DNA of 64,000 nucleotides from Nannocystales bacterium (GCA_050633305.1 JBOEGF010000001.1:172527-236526); one strand, 5' to 3'; shown: positions 29,204 through 39,241, counted from the stretch's first letter. Notes: generated from the sequence alone by a model not told the origin. Numbers and translations are program-made.

Positions 29204-30220
29204 CTACATGTTCTGCTCGTAGAGCTTCTGCAGCAGAGGTCGTGGGTCCGGCGTGCCCTCGAGGGCGACGCTGGCGGCGACCAGACCGAGCGCGACGACC
29301 GTGGTCAGCACAACGACAAACACCAGGAACGGGTTGGTCCGCGGGAGCTCGACGTCGTCCGGCAGCTCCGATGGGAGATCGGCTGAAGCCGCTCGTGGCG
29401 CGGATTTGGGCGCCTCCGGTGTGATCCGCTGCCGCTGAGATTCGGCCGGCGGAGCCGCGGCTGGCTCCGGCGCTGGTTCGGGCGCTGGCGCTGGTTCGGG
29501 CTCTGGCGCAGCCACGGGCGCGGGGGCCTCGAGGGGCTCAGGGTCCGATACGGGGGCCGGTTCGGGCTCGGGCGCGAGCAGCTGGGTCGGTGCTTCCTCG
29601 ACCGCAGCCTCTCGCTTGAGCGCACGCAGATCATGAACGCGGGTCGGCCCGTCGTCGTCATCGTCGTAGTCCGGGGCGGGAGCGTCCAACGACAAGCCGG
29701 GGCTTGGGCGTGCTGGTTCGGGACTGGCGGCCGGAGGATCGGCGGGCGGCTCGGCGAAGTTGGGCGCCGCGATGCCGATCATCGTCGAGCGGACATCCTG
29801 CTGCGCGGCAGCTGGAGCCTGGAACTGGGGTCCGGGCTGGGGTTCAGGCTGGGGTTCGGGCTGAGGTTCCGGTGCGGCTGGCGCGGGGGCTTCCGCTGCG
29901 ATGGGCTCGGGTTCGGGTGCGGCGGGGACTGGTTCGGGCTCCGGCGCGACCGGTTCGGGCGCGGGAGCGACAGGAAGCTCGGGTGCGGGCGTAACGGGTT
30001 GCGCTGCCGGTGGGGCGGCAACCGCAGCGTGGTAGTCGGCCGCCGAACGGAAGCCGCTGGCCATCTTCATACCGTCCTCAACGAGCGAGGCGTCGTTGGC
30101 AGCGGCGAAGTCGAGGATCATCCGAAACGCGCAATGCGGACACTCAACCTGCACGAGCGCGGCGATGCTCTCGTCGCGGAGCTCGAAGGGCGATTCACAG
30201 TCGGGGCAGGCGATGATCAT
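29204..30220 (-). CDS. Zinc-ribbon protein with Pro/Glu/Ala-rich linker and C-terminal TM anchor
   Basis: MIIACPDC...VECPHC, PEP repeats, TM FLVFVVVLTTVVALGLVA; TGATG overlap with the upstream gene. Confidence 0.8.
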   Translation of the reverse strand: MIIACPDCESPFELRDESIAALVQVECPHCAFRMILDFAAANDASLVEDGMKMASGFRSAADYHAAVAAPPAAQPVTPAPELPVAPAPEPVAPEPEPVPAAPEPEPIAAEAPAPAAPEPQPEPQPEPQPGPQFQAPAAAQQDVRSTMIGIAAPNFAEPPADPPAASPEPARPSPGLSLDAPAPDYDDDDDGPTRVHDLRALKREAAVEEAPTQLLAPEPEPAPVSDPEPLEAPAPVAAPEPEPAPAPEPAPEPAAAPPAESQRQRITPEAPKSAPRAASADLPSELPDDVELPRTNPFLVFVVVLTTVVALGLVAASVALEGTPDPRPLLQKLYEQNM

Positions 30221-31146
30221 CAGAAGTCGAGTCCGACGGAGAATGTGTACTGCTGCTGGAGGCCCGACTCGTCGCTGACAGTCTCACCGTCGACATCGCC
30301 GGTACTGGAGCCGCCGGGAACGATCATCGCTTCGAAGCCGAGGCGGATCACGCTGAAGACCATCCGCATCCCGACGTGCGGCCGATGCCGCAGGATGGCG
30401 CCAGAACCCTTGTAGACGAACTCGGAGGTGCCGGTCGTCGCGGTGCATTGGTCCTGGTTGAAGTTGTCGGGGAACTCGTCGCACGCGGGGGTGCTGTCGA
30501 GGACCTGCGAGCGGGAGATGACGAACAGCGCCTCGTACCCGACGTATGGGGTCAAGCTGAACGACTTCCCGACGCCGAAGACGTGCGAGACGGTCGCGCC
30601 GACCGAAGCTGTGGTGAGGTTGAAGTCCTTGGCACCGAGCAAGCGGGAGAAGCTTCCGCGTACCGCGATCGACGGGATCGGCAGGTGGTGAAAGCCTTCG
30701 TGCAAGGCGAACTTCCCGTAGCCGCCCATCGCCCACATGCTCGAGTCGAACACGTGCGTCGCGCCCCCACCGATCTCGAGTCCCGGCCACAGACCTTTAC
30801 GACCCATGAGTTGGATCGTGGGCAAGGCCCCGTCGGCTGCGCCCCCAGTGGGCGCGGACCAGTACCTCTCGGAGCTACTGATGGTGTTGACGGTGACGTC
30901 TGCTGAAACCGCGAACCCGGAGAGGCCCAGCGAATCCGCGGGGTCCATGGGCTGCAGAGCAACGACGGTGCCGAGCTCGGAGGACAGGCTCCGAAACTCG
31001 TTGTCATCTTTTGTGATGTTCCCCTGAGCGTCGCTACCCAAGCGGGTCAGGTCGAGGTCGTACTTGCCCGCGAGCGCGTCCTGGGGAAGCGAAACGATGG
31101 CGAGCACGGCCGCCGTGAGAACGATGCGGGTGCGAACGGAGAGCAT
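30220..31146 (-). CDS. Putative outer-membrane beta-barrel protein
   Basis: Signal peptide, amphipathic beta strands, C-terminal YTFSVGLDF (terminal Phe, BAM-signal-like). Confidence 0.7.
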   Translation of the reverse strand: MLSVRTRIVLTAAVLAIVSLPQDALAGKYDLDLTRLGSDAQGNITKDDNEFRSLSSELGTVVALQPMDPADSLGLSGFAVSADVTVNTISSSERYWSAPTGGAADGALPTIQLMGRKGLWPGLEIGGGATHVFDSSMWAMGGYGKFALHEGFHHLPIPSIAVRGSFSRLLGAKDFNLTTASVGATVSHVFGVGKSFSLTPYVGYEALFVISRSQVLDSTPACDEFPDNFNQDQCTATTGTSEFVYKGSGAILRHRPHVGMRMVFSVIRLGFEAMIVPGGSSTGDVDGETVSDESGLQQQYTFSVGLDF

Positions 31147-31244
31147 GCGCGTCAGGGGCTCCAAAACCGACGATCGGCCGGCGGAGCGTAGCTTGCGCCC
31201 CGAATTCTTGTCAAGGATCCCAGTCTTGCAAGCGTCCGTGATCG

Positions 31245-31919
31245 CTAGTGATCCACTGAGGAGGAATCCGAGGCCTCATGGGGCTCGACACGCCACTGTA
31301 ACCGGGCCCCTCGTCGAGCCCACGAAGCCCCCAACATGCCGCGACCATGCTCTGGCTTGGGGATCTGCGGCTTCACCACCAAAGCAACCGTAGCGGCCTG
31401 TTGCGCTGCGTCGTGCAGGGTGCCCTCGAAGAAGACGGCCATCGCGACCCTATGATGATAATCGCCAGAGTCTGTCGGAAATCGATCGACGAGCAGGAGA
31501 TCCACGTCCGAGGGTGCGAGGACGTCGGAGGAGTCCGCATGCTGTCCTTTGTTCAGCGCCAGCGAGAAGGACCAGCCTTGTGGATCGAGCAGAGGGGTGG
31601 GGTCGAACACCGGCTGTCGGTCCTCGAGTTCGATCACGATCGTGAAAGCGGTCCTGTCGAGGTAGCGCTCGGCCCAAGCTCGACGCGCACCCGGGTCCCG
31701 TGACTCCGCAAGCGCGGAGGCCACCAAACTCGCATCCCACAGCGTGGCCGCGATGGTCACTCCTTCGGCGGGGACGCTCGTCCGCACCCACTGGGTTTCG
31801 ACCCGCGTGACGTGCGTTGGAGTGGCTTGGCTCGGGTCGGGTCGGTGGACGATGGCGGGACCGCACGCACTCGTGAGGGCGGTCGCGGCGAGTCCGAGTG
31901 CGAGTCGGGTCAGCGCCAC
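31245..31919 (-). CDS. Hypothetical lipoprotein
   Basis: MALTRLALGLAATALTSAC lipobox; overlaps the end of the PilZ gene. Confidence 0.65.
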   Translation of the reverse strand: MALTRLALGLAATALTSACGPAIVHRPDPSQATPTHVTRVETQWVRTSVPAEGVTIAATLWDASLVASALAESRDPGARRAWAERYLDRTAFTIVIELEDRQPVFDPTPLLDPQGWSFSLALNKGQHADSSDVLAPSDVDLLLVDRFPTDSGDYHHRVAMAVFFEGTLHDAAQQAATVALVVKPQIPKPEHGRGMLGASWARRGARLQWRVEPHEASDSSSVDH

Positions 31920-32581
31920 CGAGCCGCTCCCGCGAACATCAGCCCCAGCGCCGTCCCACGCATCCAGGCGACCCGGGCGGGGAGCACGACGGTGCGGCCA
32001 TCCGCGGAGTCCATCAGAAGCTCGACCCGCTCTCCGGCCGGGCGCGCTCCGGCGCCGGCCAGCTTCACGCCGCCCGCGGACATGTTGTCGACGCCGACCT
32101 CGATGACCTTCACGCTCCGGCCCTCCGCCATGCGCAGGGCTGCCGGGACCCGGAGATCGAAGCGATGGAAGGCTCGGCCCCTCCCTTTATCCTTCCCGGT
32201 CACCGCGCCCATCAGGTTTTGGAGGGTCTCGTACCGGCGCGTCATCGACTTGGGGAGCACCCCGCCGCCCAGCACGCGGGCGCGGATCCGCCTGTATTCG
32301 AGGATGTCGGCGAGGAGATCGCCCGGGTAGGGCTCCCCGCTGGGCATGACGGGTCCCGCGGAGTCGCCAATGCCCAGGGTGCCAAACCCCGCACAGTTCG
32401 CTGGACTCGGCGCCGCGGAGACCGTCTGAGCGGGGGGATCGCACTGCTGGCTTCCGGTGCCCCGGGTCTCCTGTGGCGGGGACCACGGCGCCTGTGGACC
32501 CGGTCCGTTGGCGGCCTCGCCCGATTCCATCTCGAGCTCGGGAAGAGAAAGGGATGCGGTGAGGTCGAAGGCGGTGCTCAT
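31910..32581 (-). CDS. PilZ-domain protein
   Basis: RAFHR (RxxxR) and NMSAGG (D/NxSxxG) motifs, RVAW..GLMF; start uncertain. Confidence 0.8.
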   Translation of the reverse strand: MSTAFDLTASLSLPELEMESGEAANGPGPQAPWSPPQETRGTGSQQCDPPAQTVSAAPSPANCAGFGTLGIGDSAGPVMPSGEPYPGDLLADILEYRRIRARVLGGGVLPKSMTRRYETLQNLMGAVTGKDKGRGRAFHRFDLRVPAALRMAEGRSVKVIEVGVDNMSAGGVKLAGAGARPAGERVELLMDSADGRTVVLPARVAWMRGTALGLMFAGAARWR

Positions 32582-32700
32582 GGGGACTCCATCGGGATCC
32601 CTCGCGTTGCCCACCTGGTGGGACACTGTTAACGTCGGCGCGATCGGCCGCCGCAACGCGCAAGGGGCTCCCCCTCCTGCATCGGCCATCTGCATCCCAA

Positions 32701-34563
32701 GTGAAGCCTCCGCACTCTCGCTCGCCCGGACCACCTTGGGACGGCACATCCGACTCCTCTCGATGGGCCCGTGCCCGCGAGCAGCCACTGCTGTGGTTGT
32801 TGTTCGTCCTCAGCGCCGGCTCGCTTCTGATGTTCGTGCCGCTGGATCTTCCGCCGATGCTCGCCTGGGCCGGACGCGTGGGACTCGCCGCGTTGGTCCT
32901 CATGGTGACGTGGTGGGCCTACACCGGCTTCTCGGGCTACGAGCAGTTCATCGGCTGGCGCATCGTTCGTCGGACCGGGCGTCCACCGAGCCGTAGCCTG
33001 AAGATCTCGCTGGGGTTGCTGGCGCTGTTCTCCGCCTTGTCGCAGGCGCCGATCGAGTTCCTCACGCAGACGCGGGCACCCTTGGTCGTCGCGATCGCGG
33101 CGTGTGCTCTGATCTCCATCGTCCTGCTGATGCTTCGCATCTTCGCCGTATCGGCTGCGTTGAGCATTGTCGGCATCGCGATCGGCGTTGCTGCGCTCAT
33201 CGTCGTGCAATCGGTCGCGACCGGCTTCCAGCATGAGTTTGAACGTCGGGTGCTGGGGGTCTACGCGCACATCAACGTCACACGTCCATACGGCATCTCC
33301 GAGTACCGCCGGTTCGAGTCATACCTGCGGACGGTCGACGGCGTTCAGGGGGCCAGCCCGTTCGTGTACTACGCCATGGCGTTGGCGCCGGTCGCTGAAC
33401 CGGGCTCGAGCAACTCCGATCTCCGTCGCGCAACGGCCTTGGTCAAAGGCATCGAGCCGACCACCGCAGGCGAGGTGATCGATCTCGAGGATCACCTTGC
33501 GGCGGCCGACATGGGCCCGCCACCCCCGATCACGGCGCTCAAGTCGGACCTCGCGCTGCAGCCGATGCCCGACCGGGACAACGACCGACTCCCTCCGATC
33601 ATCGCGGACACGCCCGACCCGCGCGGTGAGGCCTGGTATCCGAAGGCCATGGCGGACTGGCGCGCGCTGCCGCCGGAACAGAAGTTCGGCCGCCGCCGTG
33701 CGGCGATCGACGAAGAAGATTGGCCCGACGAGTTCGAAGTCGACGAGAACGCGCAGGACGACACGGATTCTCTGCCGACCATGTTCGTGGGGTACGCGCT
33801 GGCCCGAGAACTCGAACTCGAGACCGGCGATGCCGTGATGCTCGTCGATCCCGGCGCCAGTTTCGACCACACGCAGGCGCCGGAGTTCCGGAAGTACAAG
33901 ATCGCGGGGATCTTCCGAGCCGGGTTCCAGGAATACGACGACCACCTCGTCTACATCCACATCAACGAGCTTCAGTACTTCAAGTATCGCGGGAAGGACA
34001 TGGTCTCGGGCATCGACCTGAGGCTGCACGACCCGTACGACGCTCCCGAGGTCGAGGCTGTGCTTCGGCAGACGATCGGCGATGACGAGTACACGATCCT
34101 CGAGTGGCAGAAGCTCAACGCGAACCTCTTCCAATCGATCCGCACCCAAAAGACCATCCTCACCATCATCCTCAGCCTCGTGGGGACGGTCGCAGGCTTC
34201 AACGTGCTGACCGCGTTGTGGACGATGGTGATGCGGCGCAACGCCGAGATCGCCATCATCATGTCCATGGGCGCGTCTGAGGGCGGTGTCGCGCGGTTCT
34301 TCCAGTTCTCGGGCCTGGTCCTGGGCGCGGTCGGCAGCATTGCAGGCGTCGCGTATGGGTTGGTGCTGTGCTGGTTGGTGGAACTGTATGGCTACTCCCT
34401 CGATCCCGAGGTCTACTTCATCGAAGAGCTTCCGGTGGAGTACAGCCTCGTACAAATCGGCGTCGTGATTGCGCTGACCATGAGCATCTCCTTTGTGGCC
34501 ACCATTCCCCCTTCACTGCGTGCGGCCAAGCTGCGCCCGGTCGAAGGACTGCGGTACGAGTAG
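32701..34563 (+). CDS. LolC/E-like (FtsX/MacB family) ABC permease
   Basis: SIVGIAIGVAALIVVQSVATGF, W..LN.NLF, EIAI.MSMGAS, YFIEELP, PS.RAAKL.PVEGLRYE. Confidence 0.88.
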   Translation: MKPPHSRSPGPPWDGTSDSSRWARAREQPLLWLLFVLSAGSLLMFVPLDLPPMLAWAGRVGLAALVLMVTWWAYTGFSGYEQFIGWRIVRRTGRPPSRSLKISLGLLALFSALSQAPIEFLTQTRAPLVVAIAACALISIVLLMLRIFAVSAALSIVGIAIGVAALIVVQSVATGFQHEFERRVLGVYAHINVTRPYGISEYRRFESYLRTVDGVQGASPFVYYAMALAPVAEPGSSNSDLRRATALVKGIEPTTAGEVIDLEDHLAAADMGPPPPITALKSDLALQPMPDRDNDRLPPIIADTPDPRGEAWYPKAMADWRALPPEQKFGRRRAAIDEEDWPDEFEVDENAQDDTDSLPTMFVGYALARELELETGDAVMLVDPGASFDHTQAPEFRKYKIAGIFRAGFQEYDDHLVYIHINELQYFKYRGKDMVSGIDLRLHDPYDAPEVEAVLRQTIGDDEYTILEWQKLNANLFQSIRTQKTILTIILSLVGTVAGFNVLTALWTMVMRRNAEIAIIMSMGASEGGVARFFQFSGLVLGAVGSIAGVAYGLVLCWLVELYGYSLDPEVYFIEELPVEYSLVQIGVVIALTMSISFVATIPPSLRAAKLRPVEGLRYE

Positions 34564-34567
34564 GTCG

Positions 34568-35980
34568 ATGGAATCCCCACGGCTGGCGCTGATCGTGATG
34601 ATGGCGCGGCGTCTGGTCCTTCGTTCGGGCGCACCGCCGACGAAGGTTCTGCGTTGGATGTGGGGGACGCTGGCCGTGACCGCGGTCGGTACGGTCGCCG
34701 TCCTCAGCGGGGCGACGCATCCGCTGTGGGTCGCGGTCGTGGGGGCTGGGAGCATGGCGGCGCTGATCGGCGTCGCCCTGCGGTTCTTCCCCACTGCGAT
34801 GGCGGTCTCGGTCACCGGGATCGCGTTGTCCTGCGCGAGCCTGATGACGGTCCTCGGTGTCACGACCGGATTCGAATCCGAAATCGTCCGCTCGGTGGCC
34901 CGCTTCAACGGACACGTGTTGCTCACCAAGTACGGGTTGGACTTTGAGGAGTACGGGGAGGTCAGCGATCGGATCCTATCCGACCCCCGGATCCAAGCGG
35001 CGTCTCCGTTCGCTTTCTCGATGATCGCCGTGGTCAAGGTGACCGATCCGTCGGAGGGCAATCGGGGACCGTCGGTGGTGGTGGGTAAGGGCATCGACCC
35101 TCGCCGGGCGGAGCACATGGACGGGCTCGCCGACGCGTTTGTCGGGCACGACCTCGACGCGCTTCGCCCGGGCGGGACGCTGGTGACCCCTGGTCTGGTC
35201 CTTGGCGATGCCCTGGCGAGAGAGATCGATGTGTCGGTCGGGGACAAGGTTCGCGTCGTCGTGCCCGCGGAAATCGATGGTGCGGAGGGAAGCTTCGGCC
35301 GGGAGCCTCGCCATGCGGAGTTCGAGCTCACGGACCTCGTTCACACGGGGGTCTCGGAGATCGACCGCAACATGGCGTTGATGCACCTGAGCGCCGCGCA
35401 GTCGCTGTTCTTCCAGGAAGGTCGCGTGACGGGCATCGAGTTTCAGCTCAGCGACCCGCGGCTGGCCACCCCGGTCGCCGCCGACATCGAGAGCATCCTG
35501 GGTTATCCGTACCGAACCTCGACCTGGGAGCAGACCAATGCCCCCTTGCTGGTCAGCCTTCGTCAGGTTCGTATCGCGATCGTCGTCATCCTCGGGCTGA
35601 TGAGCGTCGTCGCGGCGTCGAGCCTGGTCGCGAGTCTCCTGTTGATCGTTCGGCGCAAGCGTCACGACATCGGAGTGATGATGGCGGTCGGGAGCGGCCG
35701 GGCTCTGGTCTTCTGGGTGTTCGAGTCGGTGGGTGTCGTCGCCGGTCTCGGCGGTGCGGTCCTCGGACTGTTGCTCGGAGCGCTGTACTGCGTCGTCATC
35801 GGAGCCTATCGGTACCCGCTGGTGGGGGACGTCTACCCGGTCGATCACATGCCGGTCGAGCTTGGGTTCCTCGACGCGTTCGCTCCCGCTGCGGTCGCCG
35901 TGGCCCTCTGCGCGCTCGCATCGGGTCCGGTTGCGGTCCAGGCTTCCAAGGTCCGGCTGCTCTCCGCCCTCGGACGCTGA
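34568..35980 (+). CDS. Second LolC/E-like ABC permease
   Basis: GIALSCASLMTVLGVTTGF, WEQTN..L, DIGVMMAVG, VYPVDHMP; start re-chosen at MESPRL. Confidence 0.85.
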   Translation: MESPRLALIVMMARRLVLRSGAPPTKVLRWMWGTLAVTAVGTVAVLSGATHPLWVAVVGAGSMAALIGVALRFFPTAMAVSVTGIALSCASLMTVLGVTTGFESEIVRSVARFNGHVLLTKYGLDFEEYGEVSDRILSDPRIQAASPFAFSMIAVVKVTDPSEGNRGPSVVVGKGIDPRRAEHMDGLADAFVGHDLDALRPGGTLVTPGLVLGDALAREIDVSVGDKVRVVVPAEIDGAEGSFGREPRHAEFELTDLVHTGVSEIDRNMALMHLSAAQSLFFQEGRVTGIEFQLSDPRLATPVAADIESILGYPYRTSTWEQTNAPLLVSLRQVRIAIVVILGLMSVVAASSLVASLLLIVRRKRHDIGVMMAVGSGRALVFWVFESVGVVAGLGGAVLGLLLGALYCVVIGAYRYPLVGDVYPVDHMPVELGFLDAFAPAAVAVALCALASGPVAVQASKVRLLSALGR

Positions 35981-36053
35981 GTTGCTGGAGGGCCTGGGAC
36001 AGGGGCAGTCGCCCTGTCTTCCAAGGATAGACGGGGGAACGTCTCGCTGGCGG

Positions 36054-36851
36054 TCAGCCCGCGTCGTCGGCGGGAATCTCGAGTTCGGTGATCTTCTTCT
36101 GCGCCACCGTCTTGGAGAACTCCGAGCAGCAGTCGCGCTGGATGTATGCGGACCACTGGTCGAGGGCGTGTTTGACGTCTTTCTTGTCCTCGTAGACGAA
36201 CGCCGCACCCGCAAAGGCCTTCTTGTCCGACTGGTTGAGGGTCTGCGCCTTCATGTACGAGCGCAGGGCTTCGTCCAGCTTGCCCTGGGCTCGAAGTGCG
36301 TCTCCCATGAACGTGTTGGCGCCGGTGCGGGCGCCGTCTTGCGCTTTCGGGTCAACGTCGAGGACCTCGGCGAGCACGGCTTGGGCCTCCGCAGCCTTCT
36401 CGGCCTTGAGCAAGACGATGCCCAGCGAGAGCCCGTAGGTCGAGTTCTCCTTGTCCAGGTCGTACGCCTTCCGAAAGGGACCCGCGGCCTCGGCGAACTT
36501 GTCCATGTATCGAAGCGTCTCCCCGAGGATGTACTGGGTGTCGGCGTCGTCGGGGGTGGCCGCAGTGGCCTTCGTGAGCAAGGCCTGGGCCTCTTTGTAC
36601 TCGCCCTTGGCGTAGTGGGCTTTGCCCAGCAGCGCGGTCGCCTTCGGATGGTCCGGCCGGTCTTTGAGCAGGCGCGCGAGGATCTTTTGGGCCTCCGCCG
36701 GCTTGTTGTTGCGGATGCGCGCGTCCGCGTCCTCGAGTTCACTGGCGAACTTCGCGTCCTTCTCTTCCTGAGTCACCTCCGGGGGGTTGTCACAACCGAG
36801 GACGGGCGCGGTGATCAGGACAGCGAGAGCGACGAGAACAAGTCGTTGCAT
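36054..36851 (-). CDS. TPR-repeat lipoprotein
   Basis: Lipobox VLGC; several canonical TPR repeats. Confidence 0.85.
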   Translation of the reverse strand: MQRLVLVALAVLITAPVLGCDNPPEVTQEEKDAKFASELEDADARIRNNKPAEAQKILARLLKDRPDHPKATALLGKAHYAKGEYKEAQALLTKATAATPDDADTQYILGETLRYMDKFAEAAGPFRKAYDLDKENSTYGLSLGIVLLKAEKAAEAQAVLAEVLDVDPKAQDGARTGANTFMGDALRAQGKLDEALRSYMKAQTLNQSDKKAFAGAAFVYEDKKDVKHALDQWSAYIQRDCCSEFSKTVAQKKITELEIPADDAG

Positions 36852-36926
36852 GAGCGCGCAACGGGCGTATCACGCGCTTCTGAGCCGTGTCCACACCACG
36901 GTGCTTGGGGCTGCTACGCTCCGTGG

Positions 36927-38039
36927 GTGACGCGGGAACGGACGCGCACCCGGGCGGTGACCGGGGCCCATGAAGCCCTCGGCGCGGTCGGGTCGGTGCT
37001 TCGGCGAGGAGCGAAAGCGGCACTGGCGCGTTGGGCCCTCCAGAAGCGACTGGCCCCGGCAGCCACGGAGTGGAGTTCCCGCGATGAGGCGACCCATCCA
37101 TGGGATGGACGTAAACGGTTTGCCGAGGACTACACTTTCATCGCAGTGCAAGCGGGCCTCGGGTTGTTGGTACGGCTGGAGTGGTTGCCCGGCCGTGGGT
37201 CTCACAGACTGTGGCTGGCCGTGTTGCGCGAAGGCGGGACCTGGGTTCTCGGCGACCAAGGTCAGGTGCTCGTTCGAGATGCCGGCACCGATCGCTGGCG
37301 GGCCGGGGGACTCGAGCTCGACTGCATCAAACCACTGTCCCGCTGGCGGATCCGGTTCGAGGGTCCACTGCGACTCCACGGGAGCGACACCACGGCGACC
37401 GGTCGCATCGACCTGACGTTCGGGTCCGACGACGCTCCGTTCTCTCCGGGGGTCGACGACGATCCCGAGCTGGTGGCCCGCCGGATCGGTGAGGCGGTCT
37501 GGGACCGCAAGCTTCTTCAAGCGGTGCGTCGCGACCACAGCCGCGGGTACGCACAAACCGGCACGTTGTCGGGGACGGTCGCCGTCGCTGAAATGCTCGT
37601 GCCGGTGCGAGCTGCCGCCGCCCGGCAACACACGTGGGGGGTCCGCGATTGGGGGGCGCCGGACGAGGCGTTCCAGTGTTTTGTCGCGTGGGACGACGGT
37701 CGGCGTGCGCTCGTCCATCGAGCGGTGTTTCCATTCGTGACACTCGAGGGCGGGTACGTGCGGAACGTCGGCCAGAGTCGTGACCTTGTGCGGGGACTCG
37801 GCGTGTCGTCGGAGCACCGACCTGGTGGGGCACCTGCCCACCTCGAGCTCTCGTTGGAGCTCGGCGCGACGCCGCAGCCATTGGGCGTGCGGCTGGGCAA
37901 CGAACGTGAGGTCGGCTTCGGTGTCGACGGACGCGGCGAGTTTTCGTTCGCATTGTGTAGGGTCGGTGACAACGACGGCTGGGGCTTGTGGGCCGGTCAG
38001 CGTCGGACCCTGCGGCGCCCACGAATGCGCCGGCCGTGA
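36927..38039 (+). CDS. AttH/tocopherol-cyclase-like beta-barrel fold protein
   Basis: EDYTF, P..RWRIRF, YAQTG...G.V, RQHTWGVRDW motifs; the 5' half of the 768-aa ORF is the antisense shadow of the TPR gene. Confidence 0.6.
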   Translation: MTRERTRTRAVTGAHEALGAVGSVLRRGAKAALARWALQKRLAPAATEWSSRDEATHPWDGRKRFAEDYTFIAVQAGLGLLVRLEWLPGRGSHRLWLAVLREGGTWVLGDQGQVLVRDAGTDRWRAGGLELDCIKPLSRWRIRFEGPLRLHGSDTTATGRIDLTFGSDDAPFSPGVDDDPELVARRIGEAVWDRKLLQAVRRDHSRGYAQTGTLSGTVAVAEMLVPVRAAAARQHTWGVRDWGAPDEAFQCFVAWDDGRRALVHRAVFPFVTLEGGYVRNVGQSRDLVRGLGVSSEHRPGGAPAHLELSLELGATPQPLGVRLGNEREVGFGVDGRGEFSFALCRVGDNDGWGLWAGQRRTLRRPRMRRP

Positions 38040-38089
38040 CGGCGTGACTGCCGGTGGTGGTGCTGCGCTCGGCCTGATACGGATGGCGC

Positions 38090-39241
38090 ATGACAACGCG
38101 GTCGGTGTTCTCGATGATCCTCGCTTCGACCCTCCTGGCCTGCGGGGACAGCTCGTCCGCCGGCATGGACACCGATACCGATGCCGAGAGTGACTCCGGT
38201 ACGAGTACCGGGAGCGCGTCTGAGACCACCCCCGCCTCGGCGGGGGAAACCTCGTCCTCACCGACAAGCGGGGAGCCGACGACCGGGACCAACACGCTCG
38301 GAGACAGCTCGACGACCTCGGACGAGGACGCTTCGACCGGTTCGACAACCGGGGACGCGCCGCTGGTCGACCCCCGGATCGAAGGTGAGCACGAGGTCGA
38401 GCTGATCGAGACCGACATCGAGACCGCGGGAGGAACCACCATCCCTGTGACGATGTACGTGCCCACCAGCGAAGGGCCGCACCCCGTGGTCATCTTCCTG
38501 CAAGGCTTTCTGCTGGGCCCGGACAACTACGCATCCTATGGCGAGCACATTGGGTCGTGGGGATACGTCGTCATCATGCCCGAGCTGCCCGGTGGCACCC
38601 AGTCGGGGGACCGCGACGCGACCACGGAACTCATCGACTGGCTTGACGGCCCCGGAACCCTCGAGGGCGCAGTTCTCGGGGGACGGGCCGATCCGGAGCT
38701 GCTGCTGCTCAGTGGGCACAGCCGTGGGGGCAAGGTCTCGTTTCTCACCGCGACCACCGACACACGGGTCGACGCGGTGTTCGGCATCGATCCGGTGGAC
38801 ACCGCCGGGGGACCCGGGACGAATCCGTCGCCCGACAACCCGTCGGTGGCCCCCGAGCTCATGCCGCTGGTGCTCGCTCCGATGACCATCGTGGGAGAGA
38901 CCGTCAATGCCACCGGCGGCTTCATGTCCTGTGCGCCAGAAGCCGAGAACTTCCGCCAATACTTCGGCGCCGCCACGGCTCCGGCGGCGGCGATCGAGTT
39001 CGTCACCGCGAACCACATGTCCTTCCTCGATGACCCGAACTGCGGGTTCACATGCTCGGCCTGCACCGCGGGGACCGACGATCCTTCCGTAACGCGCCGG
39101 ATGACCCAGGGCTACATGGTCGCGTTTGCGCAATGGCAGCTTCGAGGACAGGAGGGATACCGCGACTACCTCGCAGGCCCGTTCACGCAGCCCGACATCG
39201 ACGCGGGGCTGATCACGGTCGATACCCTCAACGAGTATTGA
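38090..39241 (+). CDS. Chlorophyllase/cutinase-like alpha/beta hydrolase lipoprotein
   Basis: Lipobox LLAC, T/S-rich linker, PVVIFLQG, SWGYVV, GHSRGG nucleophile elbow, GIDPVD, NHMSFLDD. Confidence 0.85.
   Translation: MTTRSVFSMILASTLLACGDSSSAGMDTDTDAESDSGTSTGSASETTPASAGETSSSPTSGEPTTGTNTLGDSSTTSDEDASTGSTTGDAPLVDPRIEGEHEVELIETDIETAGGTTIPVTMYVPTSEGPHPVVIFLQGFLLGPDNYASYGEHIGSWGYVVIMPELPGGTQSGDRDATTELIDWLDGPGTLEGAVLGGRADPELLLLSGHSRGGKVSFLTATTDTRVDAVFGIDPVDTAGGPGTNPSPDNPSVAPELMPLVLAPMTIVGETVNATGGFMSCAPEAENFRQYFGAATAPAAAIEFVTANHMSFLDDPNCGFTCSACTAGTDDPSVTRRMTQGYMVAFAQWQLRGQEGYRDYLAGPFTQPDIDAGLITVDTLNEY

Noticed and set aside
29440..30010. Repetitive GGTTCGGG-rich DNA resembling an array
   Set aside because: It encodes the PEP/PAP low-complexity linker of the zinc-ribbon protein; there is no constant repeat-spacer periodicity, so it is not CRISPR.
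35733..36926. N-terminal half of the 768-aa + ORF, suggesting a fusion protein
   Set aside because: Overlaps the second permease and lies antisense to the TPR lipoprotein; the real gene probably starts near 36927.
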